Shown here: in pieces, positions 59,633 to 64,000 of the stretch
How positions within the stretch are numbered: position 1 is the stretch's first letter
Layout: each line of letters opens with the position of its first letter
Position numbers and translations under genes: made by a program
Virus record (IMG/VR): IMGVR_UViG_3300047323_000678
Direction: 5' to 3' (one strand)
Length of the DNA stretch: 64,000 nt
DNA from: a virus
Lineage: Duplodnaviria > Heunggongvirae > Uroviricota > Caudoviricetes
The notes under the pieces: model-generated
What the model was told of the DNA's origin: nothing
Databases searched by the model: none
Seen by the model: only the letters and a program-made list of their open reading frames with translations

Positions 59633-60934
59633 TTAGAATTTAGGTTTGATTTTTAAATTTAAGCTAATTAGTTTTTCTTGAATTTTATTAATAAAATTAT
59701 GGGTATTTTCAGTATTGTCTCGTTCTAATAATCTAGATAAATATTCATTAATTGAATCTTTATGATTTTGTTCTAAATTATCTAATCTAGAAATATTATC
59801 AATATCTCTAAAGTGATGCTCTCCAATTGATTCATGTCTGATAGTTTCTTGCATTAAATCTGGATCTACTAAACCAAAACCATCATAAGTCATTTTTCCA
59901 TCAACAATTTTTATTTTCTTTAGAAGATCAACAATGGACCTTTCTTCAATATGATAAATCTCTTTTTGAAATGCATAATGTTTTAATAATTCTTCAAAAG
60001 AGAGATCAGGTAATTTTGGATTGAGTTTATTTTCACTGACTAGTTTTTCAACAATATAACCCTGGAGTAAATTTAAATAATATATTCCTATTGTTGACTT
60101 AACTAATTTATTACCATGAAATTCTGCAATTAAATTAAATTCATTCAGATTATCAAGTTGATATTTAACAAATTGATGATGATCATAAAGAATATCTGAT
60201 ATCCAATCGTTGACATCCAAGCCTTCTCCTCTTTCAGCCTTATACCAGTATGTTTTATCTGACTCTTTTTTGCATATAAGAATTTTAGATGCAGAAACAT
60301 CTTCAATAACATATATATTATCAAATAAAAAAGGATAATAATCTAAATCATTGTACCCTTCTATTTTGATAGCTTCAGGCAATATTTTATTAAGTTTATT
60401 AATTTCTTCATTTAATTTTTCTGAATCATTAATAAATTGGTTCAAATAATCAATATTAATATTTAAATCATTTACTTGAATTTCATTTTTTCGCAAATAA
60501 TCCATCATCAAATTAGTTTCTGTGATGATTTTATTAGATGTTGATTTTGCTTCAACTGACTCATTAAATTGTTTTTGATAACGATCTAGCATTTCTAATG
60601 CAGATGGCTTGTCAACTTTTGATAAGGCTGTAATTAAATCAATAATATGCTCTGTTTGCTGAGAGTTTATAAATAAACCTGTTCCTTTAAAATAATCAGA
60701 GTGTAAAGTATAGTTAACACTTCTATCATCATATGGGTCAATATCCCCTTTTGTTTCAAAAAAGTTCACATGATATAAAGGATTACTATAAGGATTTTCG
60801 GCATAATCATCAGTATGGAAATCATAAACAATAATCTCTCCAACTTCTTTTGTATTATGTTTAATCTGAAGAAGCTTTTTGATGTCATCTTGAGTGAAAA
60901 ATTTACCAGGTCTTGTATACATCATACTTTTCAT
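59633..60934 (-). CDS. hypothetical protein
   Basis: 433 aa, GAGGA RBS; ends LKIKPKF. Confidence 0.75.
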   Translation of the reverse strand: MKSMMYTRPGKFFTQDDIKKLLQIKHNTKEVGEIIVYDFHTDDYAENPYSNPLYHVNFFETKGDIDPYDDRSVNYTLHSDYFKGTGLFINSQQTEHIIDLITALSKVDKPSALEMLDRYQKQFNESVEAKSTSNKIITETNLMMDYLRKNEIQVNDLNINIDYLNQFINDSEKLNEEINKLNKILPEAIKIEGYNDLDYYPFLFDNIYVIEDVSASKILICKKESDKTYWYKAERGEGLDVNDWISDILYDHHQFVKYQLDNLNEFNLIAEFHGNKLVKSTIGIYYLNLLQGYIVEKLVSENKLNPKLPDLSFEELLKHYAFQKEIYHIEERSIVDLLKKIKIVDGKMTYDGFGLVDPDLMQETIRHESIGEHHFRDIDNISRLDNLEQNHKDSINEYLSRLLERDNTENTHNFINKIQEKLISLNLKIKPKF

Positions 60935-61012
60935 ATTACGATCCTCAATAATTAATACTTTAATTATATCAAAAACTTAGATGAAATAAAGCATAAAATA
61001 ATTTAAAAATGT

Positions 61013-61040
61013 TGTACAGGTTTAAATAAAAGGTTATAAT
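61013..61040 (+). promoter_or_regulatory. TGTACA-N16-TATAAT promoter
   Basis: TGTACA 61013-61018, TATAAT 61035-61040. Confidence 0.65.
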
Positions 61041-61088
61041 GGATTCTTCAGATTTAATATTATTTATTTTAATTTCTTCATAACTTAA

Positions 61089-61508
61089 ATGAAAGCTAAA
61101 ATGAAACTTTCTAAAAGTATTATTGCTATTGCACTAATGGCTTCAATGGGAATGGCTCAAGCCGTGGTTATCGTTCCTGTTGTATCTTCATATTCTAATA
61201 TGAAAAAGAAAAAAGAAGAGGAACGCAAAGAAGAACAAAAAAAAGCAAAAGAAAATAATAGTAGTTCTTCAATTCCTAAATTGGGGCAAGCTTGTTTAGT
61301 TGAAATTAGCACGAACAGGCACACTAGCTTTTACAATGTTAATGTCATTCGTTATGTTGAAATTGCAGTTAGTAAGCCTGAGGCAGTTAAAATTGATTAT
61401 TTAGGTAATAATAATCAAGACACCACTTTTACCATTAATTACGATTCAAAAGAAGAAGCTGAAAAAGCACTTAAAGAATTAGTCACCAAAATTAATCATT
61501 GTAAATAA
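61089..61508 (+). CDS. exported small protein, Cys-pair family member 3
   Basis: Signal peptide ...MAQA; ACLVEI...FYNVNVIRYV...Y.SKEEA...INHC. Confidence 0.7.
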   Translation: MKAKMKLSKSIIAIALMASMGMAQAVVIVPVVSSYSNMKKKKEEERKEEQKKAKENNSSSSIPKLGQACLVEISTNRHTSFYNVNVIRYVEIAVSKPEAVKIDYLGNNNQDTTFTINYDSKEEAEKALKELVTKINHCK

Positions 61509-61597
61509 CTTATAAATTAATTAATATGTTTACCTACATTAAATTTTGACTAGAAAAACAATACCGATTTAAATGGCATTGCTTTAATAAAAGGTAT

Positions 61598-61783
61598 ATG
61601 GATGGCTATAATTTTGCTCTAAAAAAGCTTAAAAAGGGTATGTGTGTAAAATGTTTGGTTGCCAATAGTGTAGGTCCAGATAATCATGATGATGGGTTGA
61701 GAGATGCATGCCAGGACTTTTCTCGTTTTTATTATAATAAACAAAAAAAGGATTGCACCAAAATAATGACATGTAAACATTGA
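61598..61783 (+). CDS. small Cys-containing protein
   Basis: 61 aa, AAGGT RBS. Confidence 0.45.
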   Translation: MDGYNFALKKLKKGMCVKCLVANSVGPDNHDDGLRDACQDFSRFYYNKQKKDCTKIMTCKH

Positions 61784-62034
61784 TATATATGCTAAAAAGA
61801 ATTTTTAAAATTATAAATTTTATTATTTTCATCATTGGTTGCCATACAATAGGTGGATTTATTGGCACTTCTTTTGCCTATTATAAGCACAATAATGAGC
61901 CAATTAAAAATAATGATTATAAAAAACAGATTAATGCATGCATGAAATATTTCTCAATAGATAAAAATAAGGTTGATTCTAAATTAAAGTGTATTGAGTT
62001 AAAAGATTATTCTTCAACCAAGTATTCAACATAA
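61780..62034 (+). CDS. small membrane-anchored protein
   Basis: 84 aa, N-terminal TM. Confidence 0.5.
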   Translation: MIYMLKRIFKIINFIIFIIGCHTIGGFIGTSFAYYKHNNEPIKNNDYKKQINACMKYFSIDKNKVDSKLKCIELKDYSSTKYST

Positions 62035-62073
62035 AAAAGCAGACTTTAAAATCTGCTTTTTTTATTTTACAAA

Positions 62074-63117
62074 TCACATTTTTATTTTAGATTTATTATT
62101 AAATCTTTCCAACTTATATTTATCTAAACATTGAAGTATAAATTGGTCATCATTATGAAGCACTATTTGATTAAAATGCTTAGTAGAAGCAATAAATTTT
62201 TTCGTTAATGGAGTATCAGGAATTGGTAAAATTCCTCGCCTTCTTAATAACATATCAACTTTTTGCAATGGTTGAATAGGTGCATAAAACATTAATCCAA
62301 TATCTTGACCATCTTTGTTTGTATATTTAGCATAATCATTAAAACAGTCTGCCAACATCTCTAATCCTTTAGATGTTAGTTTTCTTTGAATAATTGATTC
62401 AGAAGCAATTTTTTCAGCTTTGACTAATTCTCCATTAATATTTTTTTCAATAAAGTAAATATTAATGTCAATAGGATTATTATTGTCCACATTATCTAAA
62501 GTATCTGCTGTTTTTCGTGCTTCAAATAAGTAATAATATTGGAGTTTATTTTGTAAATTTTCAAATTCATCAAAATTAGCAAGATTAGATTTAATAGGCA
62601 ATTTAATTTCATCTAAAAAATCTTCATCACAAATTAAATTTGGAATATTTAAATATTTATCTTCTTGCCCAACAAAATCAGCCCTGGTTCTATTCGGTAA
62701 AGTTTCTTCTTTATAGATGCGCAAAATTTTTCCGGCTAATTTGTCTGCTCGCTTATTAGTTTTTCGTGGAAGATGTACAAAAAGAATATTATCAAATTGA
62801 GTTTTTAATTCAAAAATTTCTTTTTTAAAAGGATTATTTTTATCTCCATATTCAGATAACTCATCTTTATTAAAAATATTCCTAAAACTAATATAATCAG
62901 AATAACAAACCAAATCTTTAATGCCATATTCTAAGCATTTTTTTAATCCATGAATAAGTGCAAGAGATTCGTGATAACGAAATAGCTTAGAGTCAATAAT
63001 TGGTTTAGAGAATTCAAATACACAATTGCCTGAAGGATCTAATAGGTATCCTCCAATACCTGCAATAGCTTCGTCAGGTTGGTATGCACCATCAGTATAA
63101 AGTTCGTATTGTTTCAT
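62074..63117 (-). CDS. ribonuclease HI domain protein with C-terminal extension
   Basis: LYTDGA...GIGG...ESLALIHGL...YSD...HLPRKTNKRADKLA. Confidence 0.85.
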   Translation of the reverse strand: MKQYELYTDGAYQPDEAIAGIGGYLLDPSGNCVFEFSKPIIDSKLFRYHESLALIHGLKKCLEYGIKDLVCYSDYISFRNIFNKDELSEYGDKNNPFKKEIFELKTQFDNILFVHLPRKTNKRADKLAGKILRIYKEETLPNRTRADFVGQEDKYLNIPNLICDEDFLDEIKLPIKSNLANFDEFENLQNKLQYYYLFEARKTADTLDNVDNNNPIDINIYFIEKNINGELVKAEKIASESIIQRKLTSKGLEMLADCFNDYAKYTNKDGQDIGLMFYAPIQPLQKVDMLLRRRGILPIPDTPLTKKFIASTKHFNQIVLHNDDQFILQCLDKYKLERFNNKSKIKM

Positions 63118-63225
63118 ATGCTTTTTAAATAATATTTATAGTAATTATAACATATTTATTGTTAATTTAAATTGGCATAACTATAAATTTGAGTTAAAAT
63201 GAAGCGTCAACAATAGGAGGAAAAT

Positions 63226-63477
63226 ATGACAACTAAAAATGAAATTAGTGCATGGTTTGATGAAGGTCTTAATAATCCAGATAAGCCAACTCATATGATT
63301 ATTGTTTGTGACACTTATGACCATGAGGATTATCCTGTTTATGTGCTGCCAACAGAAAATGTTCACCAGGTATATAAAAACAAGGATGGAAATAATATGC
63401 AGCGTGTTACGGAAGTATATAAGCTGACAGAAGATAAAGAAAAACAAATCAATCAATCTCGTTGCTTTAACTTTTAA
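63226..63477 (+). CDS. hypothetical phage-like protein
   Basis: 83 aa, AGGAGG RBS; THMIIVCDTYDHEDYPVYV; terminator 63483-63504. Confidence 0.75.
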   Translation: MTTKNEISAWFDEGLNNPDKPTHMIIVCDTYDHEDYPVYVLPTENVHQVYKNKDGNNMQRVTEVYKLTEDKEKQINQSRCFNF

Positions 63478-63521
63478 AAGGAAGCCCCTAAATGGGGCTT
63501 TTTTAATATCTTTATCCTAAA

Positions 63522-64000
63522 CGAGCGTAAAACACCGTCCTTCAGGGGGTGATAAAAGCTCGCCAACCCAATATGGGTTGATATTTAATTATTTTAGATT
63601 AATTCAATTTAAAAGTAAATTAACACACTAGCTTATCGACAAATGTGGTTAAATTTAATAATCTGATTAACTATGAGTAAAATTATAAAACGAGCGTATA
63701 AATTTAGGTTTTATCCACAAAAAGATTTAATTATTCTTTTGGCTAAAACCTTTGGTTGCTCTCGTTTTGTTTATAATCAGACTCTCAAATATTCTGAAGA
63801 ACATTATAAAAATAAGTTTCTAGATAATCATAAATTGGTTGTTAATCCGAATTATAAGCCATTGAGTTCTACTGATAGAATTAATTATATTAAAACTCTT
63901 AAATCTAACCATGAATATTCATGGTTGAAAGAAGTTAGTTCTATTGCTCTGCAACAGTCTGTTATGCATCTTAATACTGCATATGATAGATTTTTTAAAG
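63522..64000 (+). mobile_element. IS200/IS605-family element (left end plus partial tnpB)
   Basis: Subterminal hairpin CGAGC...CACCGTCCTTCAGGGGGTG...GCTCG at 63522-63562 upstream of tnpB; no tnpA on this side. Confidence 0.75.
63673..64000 (+). CDS. tnpB: RNA-guided endonuclease TnpB, N-terminal part (truncated by window)
   Basis: MSKIIKRAYKFRFYP...LAKTFGCSRFVYN...WLKEVSSIALQQS..HL..AYDRFFK. Confidence 0.92.
   Translation, partial: MSKIIKRAYKFRFYPQKDLIILLAKTFGCSRFVYNQTLKYSEEHYKNKFLDNHKLVVNPNYKPLSSTDRINYIKTLKSNHEYSWLKEVSSIALQQSVMHLNTAYDRFFK

Noticed and set aside
164-63456. Many short ORFs antisense to or nested in longer genes (e.g. 164-595, 19220-19681, 35445-35882, 44041-44268, 52401-52898)
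   Set aside because: They overlap genes with clear motifs and have no RBS or recognisable features.
1-64000. Genome-wide TAG recoding (alternative genetic code)
   Set aside because: Long ORFs are intact under code 11, and several genes end in TAG right before terminators (e.g. 3247, 14454). The amber codons at 17820 and 15342 are local cases.
1-64000. Eukaryotic giant-virus origin suggested by ankyrin/DUF285 repeats and NLS-like tails
   Set aside because: Pervasive Shine-Dalgarno sites, sigma70/sigma54 promoters, intrinsic terminators and diderm-envelope genes indicate bacterial expression.

Overview
Very AT-rich, gene-dense 64 kb of bacterial-type DNA with Shine-Dalgarno sites, sigma70-like promoters and many intrinsic terminators. 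It reads like an accessory region of a very large mobile element (jumbo/huge phage or giant plasmid-like element) with a probable Betaproteobacteria-type host. It has many short orphan ORFs, tandem paralogs and isolated host-like genes outside their normal operons: TyrRS, YqeY, H-NS, BFD, FKBP, TonB-C, GGDEF-EAL, a LytS-type kinase, YidD, YhdP, RNase H, Dcm and two PEP-CTERM proteins with sigma54 promoters. I recognised no virion, replication or conjugation hallmark genes and no rRNA, tRNA or CRISPR array, so the element type is inference. Mobile parts are an IscB with its omega/HEARO RNA and the 5' part of a TnpB element. The most notable signals are: (1) a Pth2-like gene missed by the ORF track that starts ATG-TTG-TAG, and a second RBS-led ATG-TTG-TAG minigene (read-through product ending Lys-Pro-Pro-stop) in the same operon, suggesting an amber/termination-sensing switch; (2) about 10-13 mostly unrelated proteins sharing a C-terminal helix plus basic K-K/R-x-K-L/I tail, a candidate sorting/translocation tag; (3) a recurrent TGTACA-N16/17-TATAAT promoter family. 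All protein calls are by motif recognition, not database search.
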